From Opitutales bacterium (GTDB lineage: Bacteria; Verrucomicrobiota; Verrucomicrobiia; Opitutales; JABSRG01): a stretch of 64,000 nt of DNA. The stretch is from assembly GCA_049599475.1 (NCBI GenBank), contig JBMYOQ010000009.1:1-64000 (forward strand), given 5' to 3'. Shown piece by piece: positions 51,515 to 62,675 of the stretch. Numbering within the stretch: position 1 is the stretch's first letter; each line of letters opens with the position of its first letter. The notes beneath the pieces are model-generated. The model saw only the letters and a list, made by a program, of their open reading frames with translations, ran no database searches and was not told where the DNA came from. A program made the translations under genes and the position numbers.

Positions 51515-51529
51515 GCAAGAATGGTGCCA
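51515..51529 (-). promoter_or_regulatory. Sigma54 (RpoN) promoter motif upstream of glf
   Basis: Minus strand TGGCAC-CATTC-TTGC, exact -24/-12 consensus in an intergenic gap. Confidence 0.7.
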
Positions 51530-51534
51530 TCTTC

Positions 51535-52989
51535 CTAGCGAGCTCCTCGCGCCGTAAGGACTACACGCACGGTGCGGAACAAGATCACAATATCCAACCA
51601 GAGCGACCAATTTCTCACGTAGTAAGGATCCCAGCGGACCATGCCTTCGTTGCCCGCATCGCTACGGCCTGAAACCTGCCATAGACCTGTGATCCCTGGT
51701 TTGACCCGCTCGCGGAGCATGCGCACGCTGTCTGGAAGTTGATTGTAATGATAATCAGGAAGCGGGCGTGGGCCGATCAGCGACATTTCACCCTTCAAAA
51801 TGTTTACCAGCTGCGGAATCTCATCGAGCGATGTTTTACGCAAAAATTTGCCCATCCGCGTGATGCGAGGATCGTTCACCAATTTGCAGTTTGCTTCCCA
51901 TTCAGCCTTTAGCTCGGGATCTGCCTCCAGGTGTTGCTCCAAAACCTTGTCTGCATCGGGCACCATGGTCCGGAATTTCCAAGTGTCGAAGACTTCGCCG
52001 CGCTGTCCAATGCGCTTTTGCTTGTAGATCGGGTTCTTGCGGTCGTCGAGCCAGATAAGGGCATACAAAGCCGCAAATAATGAGCCCCAGAAAGGCAGTG
52101 TGAGCATCGCGACACCGGCCTCGAAACAGCTCTTCACAACGCGCAAGGTGGGATCCAGAAGATTGTTCTTCAGCTCCAAACCGGGGACACCGCACATATC
52201 GCGCGAAGTGGCCCAAAGGGAGGGACTGTGAATCAGATTAGGAATGAGGATGACACGAAGATAGCTAGACAGCGAGTGCTGCATCATCTCTCCGATTTTC
52301 TCTCCTTCAATGCGAGTAATCGCCAGGATGGCTATCGGGACATTCTTTGCGATCGAGTCGGTAAATCCACAAACAGGCACTCCTTCCACACTCGTATTCG
52401 CCAATTCAGGGTTATCGTCGAATACACAAACGGGATGATACCCCTTACCTGGATCGGCTCTGAAACGCTTGATAATCTCACGCCCTGCAGAACCTCCACC
52501 GTAGATAGCGACGGGAGTCCCCCATGTCTTGCGATGAACCAAAACGTTTTTTGCCAGAATACGAAAAGCTGGGATCAGCGGCATGGCTGCTATACAGCAG
52601 ACAGCTCCTGCGATACGGCCGCCGGTATCAAAATCTAGGAGCGTGATGACCAGAAAAGTACCGATACAAAGCAGCACCTGACGACGGAGGGCTTCAAAAG
52701 CGGATAAGCCCCAACCAGGTAACAGGCCCCAGGCTATCGATCCAATTCCCCAGATCGCTGCACTCAGGTAAAACCAGGATAAATCAAGGGAATGACCCAA
52801 TGCCCATTTCAAAGATAAAGCCGCCGCTTCATAAGCGACGAACAAGCCCAGAATTTCCGCGAACAGCAGAACAGAGGCGTTAAGAATGAGGCGTTTAAAG
52901 AGCTTGAGCCCCAAATTCAGCTTCATCCGGAAGTGCCATTGCTTCGGACTGGCTTCAATGGGAGTGTCTAAACTAAGTGCGGTAGACAT
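51535..52989 (-). CDS. Priming undecaprenyl-phosphate glycosylphosphotransferase (WbaP/WcaJ-like)
   Basis: KFRTM, DPRIT..G..LRKTSLDE.PQ, KPGITGLWQVSGR. Confidence 0.95.
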   Translation of the reverse strand: MSTALSLDTPIEASPKQWHFRMKLNLGLKLFKRLILNASVLLFAEILGLFVAYEAAALSLKWALGHSLDLSWFYLSAAIWGIGSIAWGLLPGWGLSAFEALRRQVLLCIGTFLVITLLDFDTGGRIAGAVCCIAAMPLIPAFRILAKNVLVHRKTWGTPVAIYGGGSAGREIIKRFRADPGKGYHPVCVFDDNPELANTSVEGVPVCGFTDSIAKNVPIAILAITRIEGEKIGEMMQHSLSSYLRVILIPNLIHSPSLWATSRDMCGVPGLELKNNLLDPTLRVVKSCFEAGVAMLTLPFWGSLFAALYALIWLDDRKNPIYKQKRIGQRGEVFDTWKFRTMVPDADKVLEQHLEADPELKAEWEANCKLVNDPRITRMGKFLRKTSLDEIPQLVNILKGEMSLIGPRPLPDYHYNQLPDSVRMLRERVKPGITGLWQVSGRSDAGNEGMVRWDPYYVRNWSLWLDIVILFRTVRVVLTARGAR

Positions 52990-53028
52990 CGTGAGAGAGT
53001 AGAGGTGAGCTAGAGGTGTTTTGTTTTT

Positions 53029-53961
53029 CTACGGAGCCACAGGTTCAATACCTACGGGCGGAACCAAGTCTCCATCGAATTTACGAGTATGGACGGGGGG
53101 TGACTTGGAGATTTTCCAAATATTCCTCATTTGGAATCGGAGAATCGATTTTAGGTGTTTTTTGAGACCTGGGTGGAACACGGTGTCTTCGCGTTCGTAA
53201 AAGTGCGTCATTGTCGCTTCAGGCTGATACCAGTTCTCATAACCAGCGGCCTTCACGCGGTAGCAAAGATCGTAGTCCTCGTATTGGTAGAAATAACCTT
53301 CATCAAAGCCCCCAATCTGCTTGAGAACAGAGTTGCGGATGATCAAACCCGCTCCATAGCAACAATCGAATTCCATCAATTTGTCGTGACCGCAATTGCG
53401 CATCTGAATCTTCGCAGGAATACCTGTCCACTCGAAGATCGAGCGCAATTTAGTGCCCTCGATCGCGATGTGGAAAATGGATGGGAACGGCCGGATACTG
53501 AGCTGCAAAGATTGGTCTCTGTAGAGCAATTTTGGATGAACGATGCCTGCCTTAGGGTTCGCTTCAGCGACATCTACAAGCGTATCCACTGTGTTTGGAT
53601 GCAGGAGTGTATCCGAATCCAATATCATCGTGTACTTTGCTTTGGTATTCCAAAAGAGGCGATTTCGTCCACCCGCAACACCTAGATTGGCACCGTTTTC
53701 GAGAATCTTCACATAAGGATACTTCTCTTGGACCATCTCACGCGTCCCATCCACGGATCCGTTATCCGAGAGCAAGACCTCATATTTGTAGCGCTGCGGC
53801 GAGGCCTCCAAAGAGGCTAATAAATCATCGATGCGCTGCTTGTCGCGATAGCACAGCAGGCCAATGCACACATCATACTCGTATTCGGTGCCATCAGCAT
53901 CCGGAGACGTGCGTTGTGTGTACACTTCAGGAGAATACGTACGAGAGTCGGTGGCGTTCAT
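53029..53961 (-). CDS. Glycosyltransferase family 2
   Basis: DNGSVDGT, LDSD, GGFDEGYFYQYEDYD. Confidence 0.92.
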   Translation of the reverse strand: MNATDSRTYSPEVYTQRTSPDADGTEYEYDVCIGLLCYRDKQRIDDLLASLEASPQRYKYEVLLSDNGSVDGTREMVQEKYPYVKILENGANLGVAGGRNRLFWNTKAKYTMILDSDTLLHPNTVDTLVDVAEANPKAGIVHPKLLYRDQSLQLSIRPFPSIFHIAIEGTKLRSIFEWTGIPAKIQMRNCGHDKLMEFDCCYGAGLIIRNSVLKQIGGFDEGYFYQYEDYDLCYRVKAAGYENWYQPEATMTHFYEREDTVFHPGLKKHLKSILRFQMRNIWKISKSPPVHTRKFDGDLVPPVGIEPVAP

Positions 53962-54109
53962 AGCGTCAGTCGGTGGCCACTGAGAGAGCACAGCAGTAGC
54001 ACTTGTTGGATGCCAGTATAGCGGGCTGGTATCAATGTTATTTGTCTTCTGGGATACATTTATGTGAATTCTCAGGAGTTCGCCTTAAACTTGGAATGTT
54101 AGCCCATCA

Positions 54110-54124
54110 GCATCATTGGAGCCA
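54110..54124 (-). promoter_or_regulatory. Putative sigma54 promoter at the head of the polysaccharide operon
   Basis: Minus strand TGGCTCCAATGATGC, GG-N10-GC. Confidence 0.45.
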
Positions 54125-54259
54125 TTTTCGGTGAACAATGGGTGCAGACCGAAATCAGCAGGGATGCTTAATGAAAGTGTACAACGAATTAGTTATCATT
54201 CCTGATTTTAGAGATGTCTTCTCCTTACTTCGCTTGCTTTTGCACAACTTAGAGATTGG

Positions 54260-55300
54260 ATGCTGTCCATGCATGCCCACCGAAAACTAGGATTACTCTC
54301 CATAATTTTATCACTCGGCCTCCTGTTCACAGGCTGCGAAACACACTCAACGCGTTCGAGTCTGTCATCAGGACTCAGCCCGACGTATCTCGTAGACAAT
54401 ACTCAGCCGCTTACTGCTGTAGTAGCCGCCTATCGCCCTGAGATCGAAGCCTTGATTCAGGAAATCGAACGCATGCCAGAAGGCGAAATCTACCGCGTGA
54501 TCAAGCACAAGGGCGTAACCTACTACCTAGGAAATGTTTACGGCGAACCGATCGTTCTCTTCGTGACTGGCATGAGTATCGCCAATGCCGCGATGACGAC
54601 TCAGATGGCTCTTGATTATTTCCCGGTGGAACGCGTGCTGTATGCGGGCATCGCGGGAGCTGTAAATCCAGAGTTGAACACTGGAGACGTGGTAGTCCCA
54701 GCTCGTTGGTACTACCACGATGAACATGTATATTTTAATCCAAAGCCAGACGCTCCCGATGAGTATATTCTCGCGGATTACTACGCGAACAACTCCCCCT
54801 TCTTCAAGAAACTCTACGAGCAGGACCCGCACGCTCCGCGTTACACGAACTTTGGTCTGATCCACCCTGATGAAGTATCCATCATCATGGACGGTTGGGA
54901 ACGTCCACGCCGCACTGCCTACTTTTCAGCAACACCCGAACTGCTCGAGCTCGCCGAGGCGGCCCTCGTCGATCTTCCGGAATTGAAGGTCAACGAGGAA
55001 CGCTCTGCAAAACTCATGGTTGGCGGAAATGGAGTGACCGGCAGTGTATTTTTAGACAACGCCGAATACCGCAAATGGACCCGCTCGGTTTTCAACGCAG
55101 AGGTCACCGAAATGGAATCTGCAGCGGTGGGCCAAGTCTGCATGATCAACGAGGTCCCGTGGGTCATTATCCGCGGCGTCAGCGATTTGGCCGGAGGTCA
55201 AAAGGGTAAGAACGAAGAGAACATCTACGATGGCCTCGCCTCCGAGCACGCTGCTAAATTGTTATTCGCTCTGCTTAAAGAGATTTCAGAATCCGAATGA
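54260..55300 (+). CDS. MTA/SAH nucleosidase-like lipoprotein (PNP_UDP_1 family)
   Basis: Lipobox FTGC; GIAG, GDVVVP, EMESAA, RGVSDLAG. Confidence 0.85.
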   Translation: MLSMHAHRKLGLLSIILSLGLLFTGCETHSTRSSLSSGLSPTYLVDNTQPLTAVVAAYRPEIEALIQEIERMPEGEIYRVIKHKGVTYYLGNVYGEPIVLFVTGMSIANAAMTTQMALDYFPVERVLYAGIAGAVNPELNTGDVVVPARWYYHDEHVYFNPKPDAPDEYILADYYANNSPFFKKLYEQDPHAPRYTNFGLIHPDEVSIIMDGWERPRRTAYFSATPELLELAEAALVDLPELKVNEERSAKLMVGGNGVTGSVFLDNAEYRKWTRSVFNAEVTEMESAAVGQVCMINEVPWVIIRGVSDLAGGQKGKNEENIYDGLASEHAAKLLFALLKEISESE

Positions 55301-55962
55301 GTCGCTGGGAAAGAGGATTATTTTTCATACTGATAACTCTCGGTTTTACTGCCGCACAGGCCGAGGAGCGCCTTGACATCTACACCCCGTCAGGGTTCGC
55401 CCAGTGGTTAGCTACGCACATAGGCCAGGAGCATGTTAGAATTCATCATTCGCCAGATTCGGCGGCTAAATTCGATCTCGCAGTTTACACCTCCTCACAC
55501 AGCGACCTTGAAAAACCTTCGGCAAAAATTGAGATCATTCTGAGCGATGGCCTCCCCAAGCTGGAAGCTCCGGAAAGTTTGTTCGATCCCTCGAGCCCTC
55601 AATCGTACGACGCCTGGCTCTACCTCCAGCATACCCTATTTATGGCGGTGAGCTTCAGCGATGTTTTGACTGAATTGATGCCGGATCAGGAGACATTTTA
55701 CGCAGAGAATGTAGCTCAATTTAGTAAGACAATCCGTCTCGCCGATTTTCAATTAAAACGGCGATTTCGAGATCTCGAATCCCCCATCGAACTTACCGAG
55801 GTCTATGCAAAGGCGCTTTTTCCGTATCTGAAATACTACGGAATTGAATACACAATATCCTCTAAGAGTGATCTCCAGATAAACGATATTGCTCCACAAA
55901 AGGGCGATGCGCCAGCAAGCCCCTTCCAGCGCATCGCGGATCAATTATTAAAGAGCGAATAG
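55297..55962 (+). CDS. Secreted protein, possibly degenerate ZnuA/TroA-like substrate-binding protein
   Basis: Signal peptide; DAWL...L..LMP....Y.EN...F, FPY..YYGI pattern. Confidence 0.5.
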   Translation: MSRWERGLFFILITLGFTAAQAEERLDIYTPSGFAQWLATHIGQEHVRIHHSPDSAAKFDLAVYTSSHSDLEKPSAKIEIILSDGLPKLEAPESLFDPSSPQSYDAWLYLQHTLFMAVSFSDVLTELMPDQETFYAENVAQFSKTIRLADFQLKRRFRDLESPIELTEVYAKALFPYLKYYGIEYTISSKSDLQINDIAPQKGDAPASPFQRIADQLLKSE

Positions 55963-56657
55963 GTCGCGGCTTTACCCATTGGATCGCCCAGGAAAATCAG
56001 TCGCTCCTTAAGGTCTTTGATACCGCTCTGAATAGAGTCGAATTGCCGAGCTAAAACCGCGAAAACACCGTCTAAATCAAAGGTCTTGGCCAATGCGTGC
56101 TGACTCACTCGATCGAATTGAGCTCGACCTATATCAGCATACACAGCTGGGCTCAGAGCCGCACGCCTCTCCACCCGATGCAGGAGGTGATCCTCAAATA
56201 GCCCGGTGACGACTAAGCTCATATTCGCCACCCGAACACGGATGAAGAAGCGCTCACTCTTGCTGGCACGATCAATATGAGCAAAGGCATCAGAGACATA
56301 AAAATACGCGGAATTTCGATCGAAGCCTCGCGCACTACGCCGCGGAGCACGCATGTGTTCTGAAAGAACACCGGCCACGTAGTCAGCAACCTCACAATCA
56401 TCAACTTCCGCGTCTTTTAACACTTTGCGGACGAGAATATAAAAGTAGAAGTGCGAAGAGATTTCGACCAATTCGTTATCTTCGAGAACAGCCTTGAAAA
56501 GCGCTGGATGGTCCAAGATTTGGTCTCGTTCATCCGCATCACTCAACAACTGTTCTAGCGCGGAGCTTTCGGAGGCATCCAAGCTCAAAACGCGATCAAT
56601 AAATCGGAGATCACACTCCGGGAGCCTAGATCGGCATTTAGGAATCAGCTTACTCAT
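55941..56657 (-). CDS. Hypothetical protein
   Basis: Long ORF with YFYILVR...VADYVA..L helical motif; start uncertain. Confidence 0.65.
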   Translation of the reverse strand: MSKLIPKCRSRLPECDLRFIDRVLSLDASESSALEQLLSDADERDQILDHPALFKAVLEDNELVEISSHFYFYILVRKVLKDAEVDDCEVADYVAGVLSEHMRAPRRSARGFDRNSAYFYVSDAFAHIDRASKSERFFIRVRVANMSLVVTGLFEDHLLHRVERRAALSPAVYADIGRAQFDRVSQHALAKTFDLDGVFAVLARQFDSIQSGIKDLKERLIFLGDPMGKAATYSLFNN

Positions 56658-56821
56658 CCTAAGCCAGATACATAGCATTAGATATGCCATCAGGCCGCAG
56701 AGCAGTAATAGAGGGAAACTGGGATTTTGAGTACTTTACTGCGGAAAGAAATGCTATTAAATTTTCTAATATGACTGCATAAATGCTCCACCACCTCCAC
56801 GGATCGGCGATCTACGTTTTC

Positions 56822-57367
56822 ATGTTTTCAACGAAAAGAAATAGCCCCTTTGCCACCTACATGTTCGCTGGCTGGGCTCTGGCCGCTGTGCTTTCCACCG
56901 GCCTACTCATGGAAAAGCACCTAACTGCCATCGAACCAAGAGCATCCCTAACAGCCCCGAAAATCGACGCATCTGAAGAGGCCACTTGGACAATTACGCA
57001 TATATTAAGCGCGGGATGCCCGTGTTCAGATCGAACCCTTGAGGGTATCGTAAAACATCCATCTCAGCCAGCCACCACAGAGCAATTTTTCATCTCTGGG
57101 GAGTCCAAGGACTGGGAGGCCCGTTTCGCGCAAACCGGAAGGATGCTTACCGCTCTCAGCCCTGAGGAACTTGAGGCCAAATTTCAGATAAGCGGCGGCC
57201 CTTACCTCATTATCCAAGATCCCCAAGGATCTATCCGCTATCGGGGCGGCTACGGAGCACGCCCCTATCTTCGCCCTGATGAGATCAAAGATCGCGAACT
57301 CATCGCCCAGCTTCAAGCGGGCAAATCACCCACGCTTTACCCTGCAATTGGATGCCAATTTGACTAA
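56822..57367 (+). CDS. Membrane-anchored thioredoxin-like protein (CPC and C-terminal GC)
   Basis: N-terminal TM, HILSAGCPCS, P.LII.DP.G.IRY.G, PAIGC. Confidence 0.7.
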   Translation: MFSTKRNSPFATYMFAGWALAAVLSTGLLMEKHLTAIEPRASLTAPKIDASEEATWTITHILSAGCPCSDRTLEGIVKHPSQPATTEQFFISGESKDWEARFAQTGRMLTALSPEELEAKFQISGGPYLIIQDPQGSIRYRGGYGARPYLRPDEIKDRELIAQLQAGKSPTLYPAIGCQFD

Positions 57368-57373
57368 ACCACC

Positions 57374-58678
57374 ATGTCCGAATCTGCCACAAATATTACC
57401 GCCGATGAAACGTACGAGGCGCGTTTCGACCGCAAAACAAGCCGAGGGCTAATTATCGCATTCTGGGCCCACATCCCAGTAATGTTACTGACTGCATTTT
57501 TCCTCAAAACTTCCTTTAAGGAAGCCGTCGCCTACGGAGCCCTCATCGCAGCTGGTCCTACCCTGCTATATTTAATGCGCTCTCGCTCTCTGATGATGCA
57601 GATCGCTATAGGAATTGCGTCGGCGTGTATGAGCGGGCTATTGATCCATCTCGGGCGCGGAATGATCGAAATGCACTTTCATGTATTTCTGATGATCGGG
57701 GTCCTCATTTTGACCGCATCTCCCTGGGCCGTTTTGGCTCATACATTGGTCGTCGCGATTCACCACGTGGCCTTCTTCATCTGGCTACCTGAAAGCGTTT
57801 TCAACTACCAAGCCACCTGGGGCATCGTATTCCTGCACGCGACCTTCGCCCTCGCCCAAACCTTTCCATGCATGTGGATAGCTCACCTCTTTCGAGGCGC
57901 TATTCACACTCAAAGCACACTACAAGGTGAAGTTCACGGACTCCTCGAACACACTTCCGATAGAACGCGTTCCCTGCGAACGATGGTCAGGGGTGTCACC
58001 GAAGGGACACAACAGAACGCATCCGCAATCAGCGAATCCAATTCCATCCTCAGCGAAATCGCAACAAGATCGGATGCAAATGCGGAAGCCGCCAATCTCA
58101 GCAACCAGACCTCAGGAAAAGTAGACGCCTCCGTGAAGGCAATGATCGAGGACGTTCACCATCTCAATGCGTCCATGGAGGACATTCAAGAGGCCAGCGC
58201 AAACGTCGGCAAAATTGTGAAATCGATCGAAGAGATCGCATTTCAAACAAATCTCTTGGCCCTCAATGCCGCCGTGGAGGCCGCGCGAGCCGGAGAAGCG
58301 GGTGCAGGCTTCTCAGTGGTCGCCGAGGAGGTCAGAAGCCTCGCACAGCGATCCAGCCAATCGGTAGCAGAAACGACCAACCTTATTGAGCAAGTCCGCA
58401 GCTCCATCGGAGAAAGTGAAACAATCAATCGGCGTGTAACTGATCGAATAAGCGAGCTCGAATCATGCTCGGAGCAATCACGTGAGCAATTCAGCAGTGT
58501 CGCCCAAAGCTGCACTGAGCAATCCGCTGCAATTCTCGAAATAAAGCGTGCGATTGAGTCCATAGAAAGCGTTTCAAGCACAACAGCCAACAACTCTGAT
58601 TCCGCCTCCAGCGATATCGCCGAGCTAGACGAACGCATGCAACAAATGCATGACCTGCTTAACAAAATAAAGCGATAG
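57374..58678 (+). CDS. Methyl-accepting chemotaxis protein with His-rich multi-TM sensor
   Basis: [35 protein letters not shown]-terminal ~6 TM with IEMHFHVF. Confidence 0.92.
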   Translation: MSESATNITADETYEARFDRKTSRGLIIAFWAHIPVMLLTAFFLKTSFKEAVAYGALIAAGPTLLYLMRSRSLMMQIAIGIASACMSGLLIHLGRGMIEMHFHVFLMIGVLILTASPWAVLAHTLVVAIHHVAFFIWLPESVFNYQATWGIVFLHATFALAQTFPCMWIAHLFRGAIHTQSTLQGEVHGLLEHTSDRTRSLRTMVRGVTEGTQQNASAISESNSILSEIATRSDANAEAANLSNQTSGKVDASVKAMIEDVHHLNASMEDIQEASANVGKIVKSIEEIAFQTNLLALNAAVEAARAGEAGAGFSVVAEEVRSLAQRSSQSVAETTNLIEQVRSSIGESETINRRVTDRISELESCSEQSREQFSSVAQSCTEQSAAILEIKRAIESIESVSSTTANNSDSASSDIAELDERMQQMHDLLNKIKR

Positions 58679-58773
58679 CAAGCCCCCTCCTACCTCTCTC
58701 TTTTTCATATATTCAACAATAAATACTCTGCGTATTTATTGTTGACCGATGTCCGAATCCAACTGTCAGACAC

Positions 58774-58804
58774 AAAAAAGGCACCCCTGAATAGGGATGC
58801 CTTT
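58774..58804 (-). terminator. Rho-independent terminator of gndA
   Basis: AAAAAAGGCACCCCT-GAAT-AGGGATGCCTTT. Confidence 0.8.
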
Positions 58805-58828
58805 CGAAAGAAATTATCGATCTCGCGA

Positions 58829-60334
<1,506 letters not shown>

Positions 60335-60531
60335 AAGAGTCGAGACACTGGTGAACGCTCGGGGGCATTTAAAGCAAAAAGAGAGTGGAATCCCGTTCCA
60401 CTGTTGAATTTCAATACTATCTAAGGCCCTCCACTAGCCATCTCAGGCAAAATCCAGAGGACCTTCATCATTTCGAGAAGAAGGATTCATGTCCAATTTG
60501 GCGATTCCAGCCTTAGGGAGACAGGAAAATC

Positions 60532-60966
60532 TTATTCAACCACCTTGTGGCAATTGATCCACTCGGTGGCTCCGGAAGCATAGTGTTCCTTTTTCCAAAT
60601 CGGGACACGGTCCTTTACAGAGTCGACAATATATCGACAGGCTTCAAACGCAGCCGCTCGGTGCTGACTGGCAACGCCTACATAGATCGCGCAGTCACCG
60701 ATTGCTAGGTGACCCACTCGATGTTCTGCGACTGCGCAGATAATGTCCCATTTCTCGCGTGCCTCCTCCAAAATACGTTCACCCTCTTTTTCGGCAAGCT
60801 CCTGATAGGCCTCGTACTCCAAGCTGTGAACCGATTGACCTTCGTTGAGATCCCGAACCCAGCCTTCAAACGCGGTGTATGCGCCAGCTCGATCCGCCAG
60901 GCACTGATCCCGGAGTTTCTCAATCTGAATTGTCTCTGCCTGAATGCGGAACATAGGATCAGCCAC
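60532..60966 (-). CDS. moaE: Molybdopterin synthase catalytic subunit
   Basis: FEGWVR, LEYEAY, HRVG, PIWKKEHY. Confidence 0.95.
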   Translation of the reverse strand: MADPMFRIQAETIQIEKLRDQCLADRAGAYTAFEGWVRDLNEGQSVHSLEYEAYQELAEKEGERILEEAREKWDIICAVAEHRVGHLAIGDCAIYVGVASQHRAAAFEACRYIVDSVKDRVPIWKKEHYASGATEWINCHKVVE

Positions 60967-61198
60967 CTGCTACGGGGGGGATAAACACCAAGACGTCGCC
61001 GTCTTTCAACTCAGTTTCTGAAGAGACAAAAGTGTCATTCACCGCGATCCGCAGCTGGTTCGGGTTGAGGCTAAAACCGTGTTCCTCTTTGAGGTGTTTA
61101 TACAATTCGCCTGCGGTTGGTAGCTCTGTGTACAATGTTTCTTCACTCAGACCGCGCTGTTCGCGCAATATTGCAAAATATTTGAGAGTCACCTGCAT
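60959..61198 (-). CDS. moaD: Molybdopterin synthase sulfur carrier
   Basis: YFAILRE, AVN, C-terminal PPVAGG. Confidence 0.93.
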   Translation of the reverse strand: MQVTLKYFAILREQRGLSEETLYTELPTAGELYKHLKEEHGFSLNPNQLRIAVNDTFVSSETELKDGDVLVFIPPVAGG

Positions 61199-61244
61199 GA
61201 CACTCAAGAGACAGACGATTTCGGTAAAAGCAAGCGCCGGATGA

Positions 61245-61742
61245 TCACCCACCAGCAATCTTCAAGATCAACGGGACCAATTGGTGGGCTCGCTTGTGCC
61301 AGGTTTTCAGTTTTGCGACCTTCTCCTTCATTTCCTTCGGGTTTTCGAGGCTGTCAAGGTCGTCATCCAATAGCTCTTTGATCTGACCCAAGCGCTCCTC
61401 GCCACTCTCCAGGTGCGGATTGATCTGGTCGCGCAGGAATCCGGAAGCCATGCGCTTCAAATGCAATTCGGCTTCGTAATAGTCCCGCCGATCCCCCGGT
61501 ACGAAAACCGTTTTCACAGCACCAAACTGACGCAGTGCCCTGAGTCCCTGGCTTGCAGATCCTTTTGAAATCCCCAATTCCTCGACAACTTCGCTCAGCT
61601 GAAGTGGCTTTTCCGAGGAGTACAAAAGTCCATAGATTTCACCATAAGATCGCGGCATTCCAAGGAGGTCTGCTGCTCTTACAAAGAAATCAATGATGGC
61701 TTGGCGCCAAGGAGCTAATGCTTTGGGACTCGATTGACTCAT
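61245..61742 (-). CDS. GbsR/MarR family transcriptional regulator
   Basis: GMPRSYGEIYGLL, ISKGSASQGLR, GDRRDYYEA. Confidence 0.88.
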   Translation of the reverse strand: MSQSSPKALAPWRQAIIDFFVRAADLLGMPRSYGEIYGLLYSSEKPLQLSEVVEELGISKGSASQGLRALRQFGAVKTVFVPGDRRDYYEAELHLKRMASGFLRDQINPHLESGEERLGQIKELLDDDLDSLENPKEMKEKVAKLKTWHKRAHQLVPLILKIAGG

Positions 61743-61745
61743 GTT

Positions 61746-61769
61746 AACGTTCATTTTAAAATGAACGTT
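61746..61769. promoter_or_regulatory. Perfect 24-bp palindrome, probable operator of the GbsR-like regulator
   Basis: AACGTTCATTTTAAAATGAACGTT immediately upstream of the start codon. Confidence 0.75.
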
Positions 61770-61820
61770 TTGAACGCCAGCGCAAGTCTAGAGAATCAAT
61801 ACCTTCAGGTTCAGTCTTTC

Positions 61821-62675
61821 TTAGTGTTCAACCAAAGCCGCCTCAATCTGGGCTTTGGTGGCTGCATAGACTGGGAGGTTTACCCGAGACAAGAGCTCTT
61901 TGGCGGGTTCGATATTATCCAAATGCATATTCACCCGTGCCAAATGCAGGAGCACGGCTTGGGTCTCCACTTCGTTTCGAGCAAGCGGTAGAGCCTGCTC
62001 AAAAGCACTTAGGGCAACATGCCACTGTGGTTTTTCTATATCGTAATAACTCTCCGCATAGCGCAGCTGAATCGGAAAATCTTCGGGTAGGAGAAACGCG
62101 GCCTGTCCAAACGCCGTGAGCATATCTCTATCTAGAGATTCTCGAGTAAAGGATCCGTCTTCAATGAACTGCCAACGATATTGATAGAGAAGCTCTCCCA
62201 TTTGGAAATGATAACGGGGCTCCTTGGGTGCTAATGTGACAGCCTGGAGAAACCATGTAAGAGATTCGGTATATAAACCGTTCTCCGCCATGTAGTTCCC
62301 AATCTGCTGCTTCACCACGGGCAGGGAGTTATCCAGGCGATCAGCCATCAAAAACTGTTCAACCGCAGATTCGTTTTGCCCAAAACTTCTCAGAAATTTT
62401 CCATACAAGATCCGAGCGTCGACATCTTCAGGGTTGTCCGCAACATAGCTGAGCCATTCGTTTGAGAGCTGAGTGATCTGCCTCTCCACATCAGGGCTGA
62501 CAGTGTTGTTCTCATCAGCCGTGCGGGCCACGCGCTCCATCAAAGACTGCTGTCGCTTCACTATGGATAGCAAACGACGATCCGCCATCGAGCCATCCGG
62601 CTTCACATCTTCGAGGCTAGGCTGAGCGGGCAATGATCCAAAAAGGAACAGGGAAATTGTGAGATATTTAAGCAT
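61821..62675 (-). CDS. Secreted TPR protein
   Basis: Signal peptide; several TPR-like helices ending in P. Confidence 0.8.
   Translation of the reverse strand: MLKYLTISLFLFGSLPAQPSLEDVKPDGSMADRRLLSIVKRQQSLMERVARTADENNTVSPDVERQITQLSNEWLSYVADNPEDVDARILYGKFLRSFGQNESAVEQFLMADRLDNSLPVVKQQIGNYMAENGLYTESLTWFLQAVTLAPKEPRYHFQMGELLYQYRWQFIEDGSFTRESLDRDMLTAFGQAAFLLPEDFPIQLRYAESYYDIEKPQWHVALSAFEQALPLARNEVETQAVLLHLARVNMHLDNIEPAKELLSRVNLPVYAATKAQIEAALVEH

Noticed and set aside
53992..54000. ops/JUMPStart-like AGCAGTAGC near the EPS operon head
   Set aside because: Imperfect match and on the wrong strand for the operon
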